A DNA stretch of 64,000 nt from an uncultured Prochlorococcus sp. (GTDB lineage: Bacteria > Cyanobacteriota > Cyanobacteriia > PCC-6307 > Cyanobiaceae), in NCBI RefSeq assembly GCF_902522795.1, contig NZ_CABYWZ010000007.1, positions 9,644 to 73,643 of the forward strand. Direction: 5' to 3'. A model generated the notes under the pieces. That model saw only the letters and a list, made by a program, of their open reading frames with translations, did no database searches and was not told the DNA's origin. Position 1 is the first letter of the stretch; each line of letters begins with the position of its first letter. A program made the position numbers and the translations under genes. Of this stretch, positions 52,329-64,000 are shown piece after piece.

Positions 52329-53315
52329 TTAATTAATGACACCTATTTCTTTTTTTAATTGATTTATTGTTTCGATACTTAAATAATTTTTAGCACAAAT
52401 TATTTGAGGTAATCTCATCAATTGAGAACGATTGTTTAATAGTGTGCTTTCTACAACTGATAGACTAGGTCCATCACACACTATATGGTTCGAAGCCTTT
52501 AGAAGTGATAGTAATCTACTGTTATTGTCTGAGACTGCTGTCATGAGAATTAATTCACCACCTCGCATGCTGTGAATAATGACTTCAGCTGCTCTCAACA
52601 GACCAGGACTTATGCTTACAATACCTACACAACTTCCAGAATTTAATTCTTTGAGTATTTTCAATTCTTTTTGAAAGTCGCTCAAGTCAACTGCTATAGC
52701 GCGTACTCCATGTTGCTTAGCAACTTTTTCTAAAGGCTGTATAAAATATCTGCTTGTTACAATCGTACCACTATTTGAATTACTCAAAACTTTTTCTAAT
52801 TCCTCCATAGGAACAACTTCTACTGGTACATTTACAGTTGGAGAAAGGTCTTCTGCTATTAGCATAGAGGCGCCAATATCCTCTCTAGGAGTACTGACTA
52901 TAATTCTTGATCCACACTTAATACGCCAATCAATTTCATTGGTCAATATATCTCTCGTTTCTTGTAAAGTGCATCCAAGACTTATTAAGTTGTCAATGAC
53001 CTTCTTTGCTTCTTGATCTGGTAGTTTTCTTGTTTTTTCTTTTGAGTAAATTGATTTTTTAAATTCTCTTTTAGTAAGATTATCTCTTACATAGATACCT
53101 GATCCAGCTATTGCTTCAACAACTCCATCTATTTCTAGTTGTCTGTATACTTTGCTGATAGTATTTCGATGGAGTCCAGTTTGCATTGCAAGTTGCCTTG
53201 TACTAGGAAGTCTGTGACCTGGAGGATAATGCCTTGCAGCAATAGCAAAACAAATTTGATTATATAATTGAGTAGATGCTGGGATATCACTTTCTTGTTG
53301 AATATGGAATCTCAC
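52329..53315 (-). CDS. GntR-family transcriptional regulator (PlmA-subfamily-like)
   Basis: N-terminal winged HTH (LPSTRQLAMQTGLHRNTISKVYRQLEIDGVVE). The 328-aa length with a non-FadR/HutC C-terminal domain resembles the cyanobacteria-restricted PlmA group. Confidence 0.75.
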   Translation of the reverse strand: MRFHIQQESDIPASTQLYNQICFAIAARHYPPGHRLPSTRQLAMQTGLHRNTISKVYRQLEIDGVVEAIAGSGIYVRDNLTKREFKKSIYSKEKTRKLPDQEAKKVIDNLISLGCTLQETRDILTNEIDWRIKCGSRIIVSTPREDIGASMLIAEDLSPTVNVPVEVVPMEELEKVLSNSNSGTIVTSRYFIQPLEKVAKQHGVRAIAVDLSDFQKELKILKELNSGSCVGIVSISPGLLRAAEVIIHSMRGGELILMTAVSDNNSRLLSLLKASNHIVCDGPSLSVVESTLLNNRSQLMRLPQIICAKNYLSIETINQLKKEIGVIN

Positions 53316-53391
53316 TTTCTGAAACCTGGACTAATTTATTTTTGACAATAGTGACACTTTAACATTTGCCATATTTTTTGGTAACAATTTT

Positions 53392-53964
53392 TTACCCATC
53401 ATCTTTTTTAATTAGAGGAGTTTTTCGAGGGCTTAAAAACATAATCATGTTTCTACCTTCTCTTTTTGGTTTTTGTTGAACTTCTGATTGCTCTTCTAAA
53501 TCATTAGCCATTTTCAAAAGAAGTGTTTCAGCTAAATTTGAGTGTTGAATTTCTCTACCTCTAAAAATCACAGTACATTTTACTTTGTCTCCCGATTTTA
53601 AAAATCTAGTAGCTTGACCTATTCGGACATCATAATCATGTTTATCAATTTTATACCTCATTTTTACTTCTTTAACTTCTGTTTGATGGGATTTTTTCCT
53701 TGCTTCTTTAGCTTTCTTTTCCTGTTCAAATTTATATTTTCCGTAGTCCATAATTCTGCAAACAGGAGGATTTGCTTTTTCGCTTACCAAAACTAAATCA
53801 AGTTCTCTTTGAGATGCTATTTCTAATGCTTTTAATCTATCTATGACACCTAGTTGTTTTCCGTCTGAATCAACAACTCTCAATTGAGGGTATTTTATTC
53901 TTTCATTTATATTTGGTAGCTCTCTAACAGGAGCTCGGCGGTCAAAGCGTGGGCGTGGGGGCAT
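53392..53964 (-). CDS. infC: Translation initiation factor IF-3
   Basis: [22 protein letters not shown]... is a canonical IF-3 N domain. The ATG start is immediately preceded by an in-frame TGA. Confidence 0.95.
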   Translation of the reverse strand: MPPRPRFDRRAPVRELPNINERIKYPQLRVVDSDGKQLGVIDRLKALEIASQRELDLVLVSEKANPPVCRIMDYGKYKFEQEKKAKEARKKSHQTEVKEVKMRYKIDKHDYDVRIGQATRFLKSGDKVKCTVIFRGREIQHSNLAETLLLKMANDLEEQSEVQQKPKREGRNMIMFLSPRKTPLIKKDDG

Positions 53965-54016
53965 TCAGTTAATTTAACAATTTGGTTGGATGATGAAAAA
54001 ATCTATTTTTATAAAG

Positions 54017-54916
54017 TTAGCCTAAAAAAGACTCTATCTTAATTATTGCATCTTTTAGCAGGTTTTTGTTATTAAGCCAGAGAGGATTATTTTTATTACG
54101 AAACCAAGTTTTTTGTCTTTTTGCAAATTGTATCGTTTTTGTCGTAGTTAATTCAATCGCTTTGTCAATTGTTGAACGGTCATTTAAAACATCTCTAGCT
54201 TCTCGATAACCAATGGTTTCTAGTATTGGCAAATCAAATCCGTATTCTGAGATAAGATGACTAGTCTCCTCAATAATTCCAGATAAAAACATATGTTTTG
54301 TTCTTTTTAAAATTCTTTCTTTTAAATTATCTCTATCTAATCCAAGCTCTAATATTTTCCATTCAGGAGGTTTTTGAACTTTCAGACTTGACAAAGGTTT
54401 ACCTGCTACGTAGAAGACTTCTAAAGCTCTTACTGTTCTAATGTGGTCAGCACAATTAATTTTTTTTGTTGATAATGGATCACAATTTTTTAACAAGTCC
54501 CAACATTTTTTCTGACCAAGTTCTTCTAATTGTTTTCTCAAATTTTTTTGAGGAGGGACATCCGGTACAAAAAACCCTTTGGTTATTGAGTTCATATACA
54601 ACCCACTCCCTCCAACAAGAAAAGGTAAATTATCTTGTTTAATTTCTCTAATTATTGATTTTTGAGCAATTTCTTGAAATTGTTTTACATTAATTGGTTG
54701 GTTTGGCTCCTCAATATCTATTAAAAAATGCTTTATTTGTTGTTGTTGTTTTTTAGATGGTTTGGCTGTTCCAATATCCATATACTTATAAATTTGCCTT
54801 GAATCGATATTGTGTATACGAGTTTTAAAATATTGTGCAATTTCAATAGCTAATTCTGTTTTGCCGCTTGCAGTAGGACCAATTAAGATTATTACATGAG
54901 GTCGGTATAAAGACAT
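54017..54916 (-). CDS. miaA: tRNA dimethylallyltransferase
   Basis: P-loop GPTASGKT plus the motif [16 protein letters not shown]. Confidence 0.95.
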   Translation of the reverse strand: MSLYRPHVIILIGPTASGKTELAIEIAQYFKTRIHNIDSRQIYKYMDIGTAKPSKKQQQQIKHFLIDIEEPNQPINVKQFQEIAQKSIIREIKQDNLPFLVGGSGLYMNSITKGFFVPDVPPQKNLRKQLEELGQKKCWDLLKNCDPLSTKKINCADHIRTVRALEVFYVAGKPLSSLKVQKPPEWKILELGLDRDNLKERILKRTKHMFLSGIIEETSHLISEYGFDLPILETIGYREARDVLNDRSTIDKAIELTTTKTIQFAKRQKTWFRNKNNPLWLNNKNLLKDAIIKIESFLG

Positions 54917-55067
54917 ATGAATTTCTGAAGAAAAAAATATTAGCTATATAATTAAAGTGGTTAAATTTTTCATTGACTTCGAGCCTTTATCTTATTGCGG
55001 TGGTAAGTTTAATGAAATACCTTTTAAAAATAACATTTTAAATGTTTAATATTTTTTTTTATATTAA

Positions 55068-57361
<2,294 letters not shown>

Positions 57362-57364
57362 ATT

Positions 57365-57745
57365 TTGGATTTTAGTTCAATAGTTATACTTTTACTTGGC
57401 AGTACTTTTGGAGTAATACTGAGAATATCCATACAAAATAATTTTAAAAAAAGTATAGGCTTTGATATTCAAAATACATCAATAGTAAATTTTTTATCAT
57501 CTTTTTTTTTAGGAATTTTAGTAGCAATAAATTTTATTAATAACGAAATATTAGTATTATTTTATAGCGGTTTTTTAGGTTGTTTTAGTACATTTTCTTC
57601 ATTTATATATCAACTATTTAACCTATTTAAAAGGAGAAAATTCCTAAAATTATTTTTCCATTATATCGAAGTGATAATTCTTTCTTTTCTATTCTTTTAT
57701 TTAGGTTATTTTGTAATTCAGTTTTTTAAAAGTGAAATTAAATAA
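57365..57745 (+). CDS. crcB: Fluoride ion channel CrcB/Fluc paralog 1
   Basis: 126-aa, 4-TM ORF with the CrcB pattern (LGSTFGVILR...GFLGCFSTFSSF). TTG start. Confidence 0.8.
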   Translation: MDFSSIVILLLGSTFGVILRISIQNNFKKSIGFDIQNTSIVNFLSSFFLGILVAINFINNEILVLFYSGFLGCFSTFSSFIYQLFNLFKRRKFLKLFFHYIEVIILSFLFFYLGYFVIQFFKSEIK

Positions 57746-58061
57746 TTTTATTTATATTCTTTTAGCTGCTTACTTAGCTACATTTTTAAGAATAATTATA
57801 AATAATGATTTTTTTATTTCAATAATTGGATCTTTTTTAGTTGGTTTTTTTATCAATAAAAGATTAAGTTACTCTATTGAAAAAATTCTATTGAGTGGGT
57901 TTTTTGCGTCCTTTACATCCTATAGCGGATTTATATATTTTTTGTACAAAATTTTAGATCAAGGAGATTTGATAAAATTTATAATTTTTATTAATTTAAT
58001 AATTATCGTAAATTTATTTACGATGTTTATCGGGTTCTGGATAAGTAGAAAAATTACTTAG
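57732..58061 (+). CDS. crcB: Fluoride ion channel CrcB/Fluc paralog 2
   Basis: 109-aa, 4-TM ORF with GFFASFTSYSGF (the counterpart of the CrcB TTFS(T/S)F motif). It overlaps paralog 1 by 14 nt. Confidence 0.75.
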   Translation: MKLNNFIYILLAAYLATFLRIIINNDFFISIIGSFLVGFFINKRLSYSIEKILLSGFFASFTSYSGFIYFLYKILDQGDLIKFIIFINLIIIVNLFTMFIGFWISRKIT

Positions 58062-58103
58062 ATTTCTTATAATAATGTTATTACTTCGATAGGGATAATA
58101 TTT

Positions 58104-59510
58104 ATGAAGGAAAATAATCTTGAAACAGTTAAATCCTTATCTTCAGATTTAAGTTCACGGGAAAATATTACTATTCAACTTGAGGAATTGCTCATTGCGG
58201 GAAATTATGATGAAGCCAAGTTACTTTTAGAGCCTTCCCAACCTGTTGATATTGCAGATGCGATTGGAAGTCTTCCACTAATATTGCAGGCATTAGCATT
58301 TAGATTATTAAAGAAAAATGAAGCAATTGAGGTTTATGAATATTTAGATCCAGTAGTTCAGCAAACTTTATTAGAAAGACTTCGTTCAGGAGAAGTGTTA
58401 GAAATCGTTGAAAAAATGTCTCCTGATGATAGGGTTCAACTTTTTGATGAATTACCTGCAAAAGTTGTTCGAAAATTTTTGTCTGCTCTTAGCCCTGGTG
58501 AAAGGAAAGTAACAGCTGAATTACTTGGATATGAGCCTGAAACTGCTGGAAGATTAATGACAACAGAATTTATAGACCTTAAAGAGATGCAGACGGCAGC
58601 TGAGGCTCTTTCTTTAGTTAGAAAAAGAGCACCATTTACTGAAACTATTTATAGCTTGTACGTTACAGATAAAGAAAGACATTTAACTGGCATTCTTTCT
58701 TTAAGAGATCTTGTAACTGCTGATCCTTCTAAGCCAATTGGAGATGTTATGACAAGAGATGTTGTTAATATCTCTACTAATACGAATCAAGAAGAGGTTG
58801 CTAGAGCAATACAAAGATATGATTTTTTAGCTCTCCCAGTAGTTGATAAAGAAAAACGACTGGTTGGGATAGTAACTGTCGATGATTTGATTGATGTCAT
58901 AGAACAAGAAGCAACAAGAGACATTTATGCAGCGGGGGCAGTACAACCTGGAGATGAAGATGATTATTTCCAAAGTAGTTTGTTTACGATTGCTCGAAGA
59001 AGAATTTTATGGTTATTAATTTTGGTATTGGCAAATGGTTTAACAACCAAAGTTATAGCTATGAATGATCAAATATTAAAAGAAATAGTTTTATTAGCTG
59101 CATTTATTCCACTTCTTATAGGTACTGGGGGAAATGTTGGCGCTCAAAGTTCAACTGTTGTTATTAGAGGTTTAAGTACTCAGAAATTGAAGTCTCTTGG
59201 TGCAATTAAGGCGGTAGTTAAGGAGGCAATAACAGGTGCTCTTTTAGGAGTTTTAATGATGATCGTAGTCTTCCCCTTTGCTTGGTGGCAAGGAGAAGGG
59301 CCCTTAATTGCCTCTGCGGTGGGAATAAGTTTAATGTCCATAACAACTTTGGCTGCTACAACAGGAGCGATACTTCCTTTGTTGTTTGACAGAATGAAAT
59401 TAGATCCAGCCTTAATGTCCTCTCCTTTTATTACAACTGTTACTGATATTGCTGGTGTATTCATTTATTTAAGTACAGCGAAATGGCTTTTAAGCTCTTC
59501 ATTAGCTTAA
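58104..59510 (+). CDS. mgtE: Magnesium transporter MgtE
   Basis: MgtE N domain, tandem CBS domains and a 5-TM C-terminal domain (PFITTVTDIAGV). Confidence 0.95.
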   Translation: MKENNLETVKSLSSDLSSRENITIQLEELLIAGNYDEAKLLLEPSQPVDIADAIGSLPLILQALAFRLLKKNEAIEVYEYLDPVVQQTLLERLRSGEVLEIVEKMSPDDRVQLFDELPAKVVRKFLSALSPGERKVTAELLGYEPETAGRLMTTEFIDLKEMQTAAEALSLVRKRAPFTETIYSLYVTDKERHLTGILSLRDLVTADPSKPIGDVMTRDVVNISTNTNQEEVARAIQRYDFLALPVVDKEKRLVGIVTVDDLIDVIEQEATRDIYAAGAVQPGDEDDYFQSSLFTIARRRILWLLILVLANGLTTKVIAMNDQILKEIVLLAAFIPLLIGTGGNVGAQSSTVVIRGLSTQKLKSLGAIKAVVKEAITGALLGVLMMIVVFPFAWWQGEGPLIASAVGISLMSITTLAATTGAILPLLFDRMKLDPALMSSPFITTVTDIAGVFIYLSTAKWLLSSSLA

Positions 59511-59610
59511 ATTCACTAGGTAATTATTCTCATTTTTGTAAAAATGTGGATTTTTTTGTTTAACTTTACATTTCTTAATGGTATTGTTTACAAAACATCA
59601 TTTAACTTTC

Positions 59611-60612
59611 ATGTCTTCTGAAACAATAAGTGAAAATAAACTATCATCAATCACAAGTATAAAAGCTAGTAATGATGTTGATCTTGTTCGGTCATATTTA
59701 AGGGATATAGGAAGAGTTCCATTACTATCACACGAGCAAGAAATCACTCTAGGTCGACAAGTCCAAGAGTATATGGAAGTTGAAAGAACAGAATTAGAAA
59801 TTATTGAATTAACAGGCGACAAGCCAAGTATTGATGAATTATCTACTAAATTAAATTTATCTACTTCTATAATCAAAAAAAGATTGAGAGCTGGACAGAG
59901 AGCTAAAGAAAGAATGGTCGCAGCGAATTTAAGATTGGTAGTAAGCGTTGCAAAAAAATATACAAAAAGAAATATGGAACTTTTAGATTTAATTCAGGAG
60001 GGAACAATAGGATTGGTAAGAGGAGTTGAAAAATTTGATCCAGCCAGAGGTTATAAGTTTTCAACATATGCATACTGGTGGATTAGACAAGGCATCACAA
60101 GAGCAATAGCCGAAAAAAGTCGGGCAATAAGGTTACCAATCCATATAACTGAAATGTTGAATAAGTTAAAAAAAGGTCAAAGAGAGCTAAGCCAAGAAAT
60201 GTCTAGAACTCCAACTGTAAGTGAATTAGCAAAATACGTTGAGCTTCCCGAAGATGATGTTAAAGATTTGATGTGCAAGGCAGGTCAGCCAGTTAGTCTT
60301 GAAACTAAAGTTGGTGACGGCGAAGATACTGTTTTACTAGATTTATTGGCAGGTGGCGAGGATTTGCCAGACGAACAAATAGAGATGGATTGTATGAGAG
60401 GTGATCTGCATTCTCTCTTACATCAATTGCCAGATCTCCAATGCAGAGTCTTAAGAATGAGATACGGAATGGATGGCGATGAGCCAATGTCTCTTACAGG
60501 GATAGGAAGAGTGCTAGGGATAAGTAGGGATCGAGTAAGAAACCTAGAAAGAGATGGATTAAGAGGCTTGAGAAGATTAAGTGATAATGTAGAAGCTTAT
60601 TTTGTTTCTTGA
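59611..60612 (+). CDS. RNA polymerase sigma-70 family factor, group 2 (RpoD-like)
   Basis: Regions 1.2-4 are present (DLVRSYLRDIGRVPLL; NLRLVVSVAKKY; YWWIRQGITRAI; region 4 HTH LTGIGRVLGISRDRVRNLE). The ATG at 59611 is preferred over the track start at 59578. Confidence 0.92.
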   Translation: MSSETISENKLSSITSIKASNDVDLVRSYLRDIGRVPLLSHEQEITLGRQVQEYMEVERTELEIIELTGDKPSIDELSTKLNLSTSIIKKRLRAGQRAKERMVAANLRLVVSVAKKYTKRNMELLDLIQEGTIGLVRGVEKFDPARGYKFSTYAYWWIRQGITRAIAEKSRAIRLPIHITEMLNKLKKGQRELSQEMSRTPTVSELAKYVELPEDDVKDLMCKAGQPVSLETKVGDGEDTVLLDLLAGGEDLPDEQIEMDCMRGDLHSLLHQLPDLQCRVLRMRYGMDGDEPMSLTGIGRVLGISRDRVRNLERDGLRGLRRLSDNVEAYFVS

Positions 60613-61511
60613 ATAAATTCATTTATTAAGTTATTTGTTTTTTCAGGTTCTTCATCATGAGGACAGTGACCAGCTCCATTAATAATATCTAATCTTTTAA
60701 TATTACTGAATTGTTTCTTCCACTCTTTTGCTTCACTTAAAGATTCCCATGGATCTTTCTCACCCCAAATCAATTGTATTGGAGCATCAACATTATCGAA
60801 AAGGTCAGTAGCAAGATAGTCATCAAATAAGTTAATAAAACCACGAAATGCCTCTTTAGAATTTTTCCTTTGAGAGGGTTGATAAAGTATTTCAATCAAT
60901 TCATTATCGATATTTTTTCCTGAAGGGTAAGCCTGTGCAAGTATTTTCTTTATAACTTTTGGGTTAGCAGCTCTTGTAAAAAGCGTATTACTAATTAATC
61001 TTTGTCTGACTATCGTCTTAAGGATGGGTCTTAATAGATTCATTAATAAATCACTTTTTTTTAAACGTTTATCATCCATAGTTCTTTGTGCACAATCAAT
61101 CAAAATGACACCTTTGCAATTATCTTTGAGGATCTCAGCAGCTTTCAATGCAATTACACCACCAATGGAATTTCCTACCAAGTAAACAGGAGATTTTATA
61201 ACCTCTGAACAAAATGTTGATATTTGATTACCCCATAAGTCAAATGAATATTTAATTGAGTTTTCTTTATCAGGTTCGTAATTTAATAAAGCACAAGGCT
61301 GACTGCTTTTCCCAAATCCTAATAAGTCAATTGCATAACAGTTAGAGAATTTACCAAGAAAATCTTGGTTATGTCTCCAGTGGTTTTTTGATGCCCCAAA
61401 TCCATGAATTAATAAAATTTTAATATTTTTTTCAGAAGTAGATTCTTTTGATAAAGACCAAGAAATTTTCCAATTATTCCATTTCCAATTTTCAGATTTA
61501 TTTAAAGACAT
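60597..61511 (-). CDS. Alpha/beta-fold hydrolase
   Basis: HGFG oxyanion motif, nucleophile elbow GNSIGG and a C-terminal GHCPHDE. Overlaps the sigma factor 3' end by 16 nt (convergent). Confidence 0.85.
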   Translation of the reverse strand: MSLNKSENWKWNNWKISWSLSKESTSEKNIKILLIHGFGASKNHWRHNQDFLGKFSNCYAIDLLGFGKSSQPCALLNYEPDKENSIKYSFDLWGNQISTFCSEVIKSPVYLVGNSIGGVIALKAAEILKDNCKGVILIDCAQRTMDDKRLKKSDLLMNLLRPILKTIVRQRLISNTLFTRAANPKVIKKILAQAYPSGKNIDNELIEILYQPSQRKNSKEAFRGFINLFDDYLATDLFDNVDAPIQLIWGEKDPWESLSEAKEWKKQFSNIKRLDIINGAGHCPHDEEPEKTNNLINEFIQETK

Positions 61512-61601
61512 TATGAATATGCTTTTAATTAAACTTTAATTCAAAAAAAAATTATTTGTTTTTAATAAATTATTCTTAATTAAGTAAAGAGTGTTCATTG
61601 T

Positions 61602-62600
61602 ATGAAAAAGAAAAAGGTCATATGTATTGGAGAGGCTTTAATAGACAGAATCAGAAATAAGTCAAATCAAGGATTTATAGATTTTTTGGGTGGTGCCCCA
61701 GCTAATGTTGCTTGTGCTTTAAGAAAATTAAAAATAGATTCAATTTTTATTGGTAGTTTGGGTAATGATGATTATGGCAAAAAATTTATTATGCAATTTA
61801 ATGAATTGGACGTTAATTTAGAATTCTTGCAATTATGTAATGATTCATCTACTCGCGTTGTTAATGTAGATAGAGATCAATTTGGGGATCGTTTTTTTTC
61901 AGGATTTGAAGAAAGTTCTCATTCATGCTTTGCAGACGAAGTCCTTTGTAAGGAATTAATCGAAAAAGAAATTTTAAAATTGGAGAACTCTTTTCTAGAA
62001 ACAAAATATATGGTTACAGGAACAATCTTATTATCATCTCCCATTTCAGCAGAGACTATTTTTTTTCTACTTGAACAGGCTAAAAAATTTGAAGTCAAAA
62101 TAGTTATTGATTTGAATTGGAGAGAGGTCTTTTGGGATCATTCAAGTTTCTCATCAGGAATTAGTAAAGACGCAAGAGTTAATCTAATCAAGAAATTTTT
62201 AAATCATGCAAATGTTTTAAAACTCGCTAAGGAAGAAGCGATTTTGTTTTTTGAGGATGAAAACCCCTTGCGAATATCTCAACAATTGTCTAATTTTCCA
62301 GATGTAATAATAACTGATGGAAAAAATCCTGTTGCATGGTACATCAACCGATTTCAGGGAATTACCGAAACTCCTACTTCACAAAAAATTGTTGATACAA
62401 CTGGCGCAGGCGATGCTTTTCTGGCTGGTTTAATCTCAAAATTAATTTCTTCTGGCTATCCTTCAAATGAACTAGAGATAGAAGATTGCATTAAATTCGC
62501 GAGTGTTTGTGGATTATTAACTTGTCTTGGTGAAGGCGCCATCGAGCAACAGCCATATTATGAGAAGGTTAATAAATTTTTGGGATCTCTTATCTCGTAG
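61602..62600 (+). CDS. PfkB-family carbohydrate kinase (fructokinase-like)
   Basis: N-terminal GEALID...GGAPANVA and the C-terminal DTTGAGDAF signature. Confidence 0.85.
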   Translation: MKKKKVICIGEALIDRIRNKSNQGFIDFLGGAPANVACALRKLKIDSIFIGSLGNDDYGKKFIMQFNELDVNLEFLQLCNDSSTRVVNVDRDQFGDRFFSGFEESSHSCFADEVLCKELIEKEILKLENSFLETKYMVTGTILLSSPISAETIFFLLEQAKKFEVKIVIDLNWREVFWDHSSFSSGISKDARVNLIKKFLNHANVLKLAKEEAILFFEDENPLRISQQLSNFPDVIITDGKNPVAWYINRFQGITETPTSQKIVDTTGAGDAFLAGLISKLISSGYPSNELEIEDCIKFASVCGLLTCLGEGAIEQQPYYEKVNKFLGSLIS

Positions 62601-62995
62601 TGTCTTCCATAATTTTTTGCGTAACTAATTTCAATTTTCCAGAAATTATCAATAACTGGTTCTATTAATTCTGGCCATTCAATAACTAAAATAGCTTGTT
62701 TTTGCATTGCCTCTTCTTCTTCTGAAAAAAAAACTTCTTTTGCTGAAGTAACATTTTCTAACCTGTATAAATCTAGGTGAATTAGTGGAATTTTTCCGGA
62801 GTTATAGTGATGTGACAAAGCAAATGTAGGACTTGTAATGTCCTCAGAGATTGATAAGCCTTTAGCAATCCCTTGAACAAATGAGGTTTTCCCAGCCCCA
62901 ATCGGACCCTGTAATAAAACTATTGATTGGGGATTTAATTTGTATGAGAGGTTTTTTCCTAAATTTAAAGTCTCTTTTAAATTCTCAACAAACAC
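62558..62995 (-). CDS. tsaE: tRNA t6A37 biosynthesis ATPase TsaE (YjeE)
   Basis: P-loop GPIGAGKTSF and SPTFAL...LYR motifs. GTG start. The 3' end overlaps the kinase gene by 43 nt. Confidence 0.88.
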   Translation of the reverse strand: MFVENLKETLNLGKNLSYKLNPQSIVLLQGPIGAGKTSFVQGIAKGLSISEDITSPTFALSHHYNSGKIPLIHLDLYRLENVTSAKEVFFSEEEEAMQKQAILVIEWPELIEPVIDNFWKIEISYAKNYGRHYEIRDPKNLLTFS

Positions 62996-63047
62996 AAAAA
63001 TTATACAAAAATCATCTATAGTTTAATAGAGAAAGTATCTACTAGAC

Positions 63048-64000
63048 ATGGTTATAGCAAATTCAGTTAAGACCTCTACACCAAATTACGTAATTGCTGA
63101 TATCTCTTTATCAGGTTTTGGTCGTAAAGAAATTAAAATTGCCGAAACAGAAATGCCTGGATTAATGGCACTTAGAGATAAATATCAATCTCAAAAGCCA
63201 CTAAAAGGTGCAAAAATATCTGGAAGTCTCCATATGACTATTCAGACAGCAGTCTTAATAGAAACTCTTGTTGATCTTGGAGCAGAAGTGAAATGGGCTT
63301 CATGTAATATTTTTTCAACTCAAGATCATGCAGCTGCAGCTATTGCAGATCGAGGAATTCCTGTATATGCAAAAAAAGGTGAGACTCTTGATGAATATTG
63401 GCAATATACTCACTATATCCTTGATTGGGGTTCGGACTCTCCAAATATGATTCTAGATGACGGGGGAGATGCAACTGGCCTATTGATACTTGGTAGTAAA
63501 GCAGAAAAAGATTTATCTGTTTTAGATAATCCCGGTAATGAAGAGGAAATTGCTTTATTTAATTCTATTAAGTCCAAGTTGAAAAATGATAAAGACTTCT
63601 ATTCTAGAATTAAAAGTAATATCATTGGTGTCACTGAAGAAACTACAACGGGAGTAGCAAGACTTTATCAACTGCAAAAGCAAAATGCTTTACCTTTTCC
63701 TGCTATCAACGTTAATGATTCAGTAACTAAAAGCAAATTTGATAATTTATATGGCTGCCGAGAATCTCTAGTTGACAGCATAAAGCGGGCCACTGATGTG
63801 ATGATTGCTGGGAAGGTAGCTTTAGTAATGGGTTTTGGAGATGTAGGTAAAGGTTCAGCTCAGTCTCTAAGAGGACTAGGTGCAATTGTAAAAGTTGCTG
63901 AAGTCGATCCAATTTGCGCTCTTCAAGCGGCAATGGAAGGTTTTAGCGTTGTTACATTAGACGATGTTGTGGAAGATATAGATATATTTGTTACAGCAAC
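63048..64000 (+). CDS. ahcY: S-adenosyl-L-homocysteine hydrolase (3'-truncated by window end)
   Basis: My own translation from the ATG at 63048 stays open to the window end, so it is absent from the ORF track: [21 protein letters not shown]...[13 protein letters not shown]...[10 protein letters not shown]...[21 protein letters not shown]...[10 protein letters not shown] (NAD site). Confidence 0.95.
   Translation, partial: MVIANSVKTSTPNYVIADISLSGFGRKEIKIAETEMPGLMALRDKYQSQKPLKGAKISGSLHMTIQTAVLIETLVDLGAEVKWASCNIFSTQDHAAAAIADRGIPVYAKKGETLDEYWQYTHYILDWGSDSPNMILDDGGDATGLLILGSKAEKDLSVLDNPGNEEEIALFNSIKSKLKNDKDFYSRIKSNIIGVTEETTTGVARLYQLQKQNALPFPAINVNDSVTKSKFDNLYGCRESLVDSIKRATDVMIAGKVALVMGFGDVGKGSAQSLRGLGAIVKVAEVDPICALQAAMEGFSVVTLDDVVEDIDIFVTA

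Noticed and set aside
58062-58103. Riboswitch leaders expected from other bacteria: M-box before mgtE, fluoride motif before crcB, SAH element before ahcY (62996-63047), lysine element before lysC/asd/dapA, FMN before ribH, glycine before gcv genes, cobalamin before cobH.
   Set aside because: The corresponding upstream spacers are only 2-58 nt. They are AT-rich and lack the GC-paired helices these elements need, so there is no room for a riboswitch.
59519-59537. A Fur-box-like AT-rich 19-mer (GGTAATTATTCTCATTTTT) upstream of the sigma factor gene.
   Set aside because: It matches the GATAATGATAATCATTATC consensus at about 13 of 19 positions by hand count, which is not significant at this base composition.
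63727-63933. A 68-aa minus-strand ORF near the window end.
   Set aside because: It lies antisense within the ahcY CDS, which is open from 63048 to the window end and clearly recognisable.

Overview
This is an AT-rich, very gene-dense chromosomal segment. Its gene content points to a marine picocyanobacterium, most likely a high-light-adapted Prochlorococcus; that attribution is inference from content, not a database hit. Supporting genes are psbZ, sqdB-sqdX, a desC-type desaturase, a ycf23-like gene, a long four-ACT aspartokinase and a PlmA-like GntR regulator, together with tiny spacers and several convergent gene overlaps.

I can support about 60 protein genes and 2 tRNAs (Val-UAC, Gly-GCC). 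I found no rRNA, CRISPR array, transposase, integrase or prophage/island signature.

The content is mostly core housekeeping: mazG, valS, mnmG, dnaB, rplI, gcvH/gcvP, thiG, rplT/rpmI, dnaX, clpX/clpP/tig, asd/dapA, RNase J, tilS, uvrB, lysC, holA, cobH, mutS, ribH, secA, cysE, infC, miaA, gyrB, two crcB genes, mgtE, a group-2 sigma factor and tsaE. A 5'-partial ahcY runs off the window end and is therefore missing from the ORF track.

I do not see a clear-cut new multi-gene system such as a defence, secretion or biosynthetic cluster. The best follow-up candidates are all hypotheses:
- An accessory ATP-dependent DNA ligase that appears coupled to a membrane-anchored ORF and faces a SprT-like metalloprotease.
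- Arg-rich C-terminal tails on RNase J and on a disordered 187-aa protein, resembling the PNPase-recruiting tail described for cyanobacterial RNase E.
- An in-frame A AAA AAA slippery heptamer with an SD-like GAGG 10 nt upstream in the dnaX linker, which could yield a gamma-like truncated product.
- The two unusually large unannotated gaps (4863-5138 and 19029-19418), each with candidate small ORFs.
- tRNA-Val lying next to valS.
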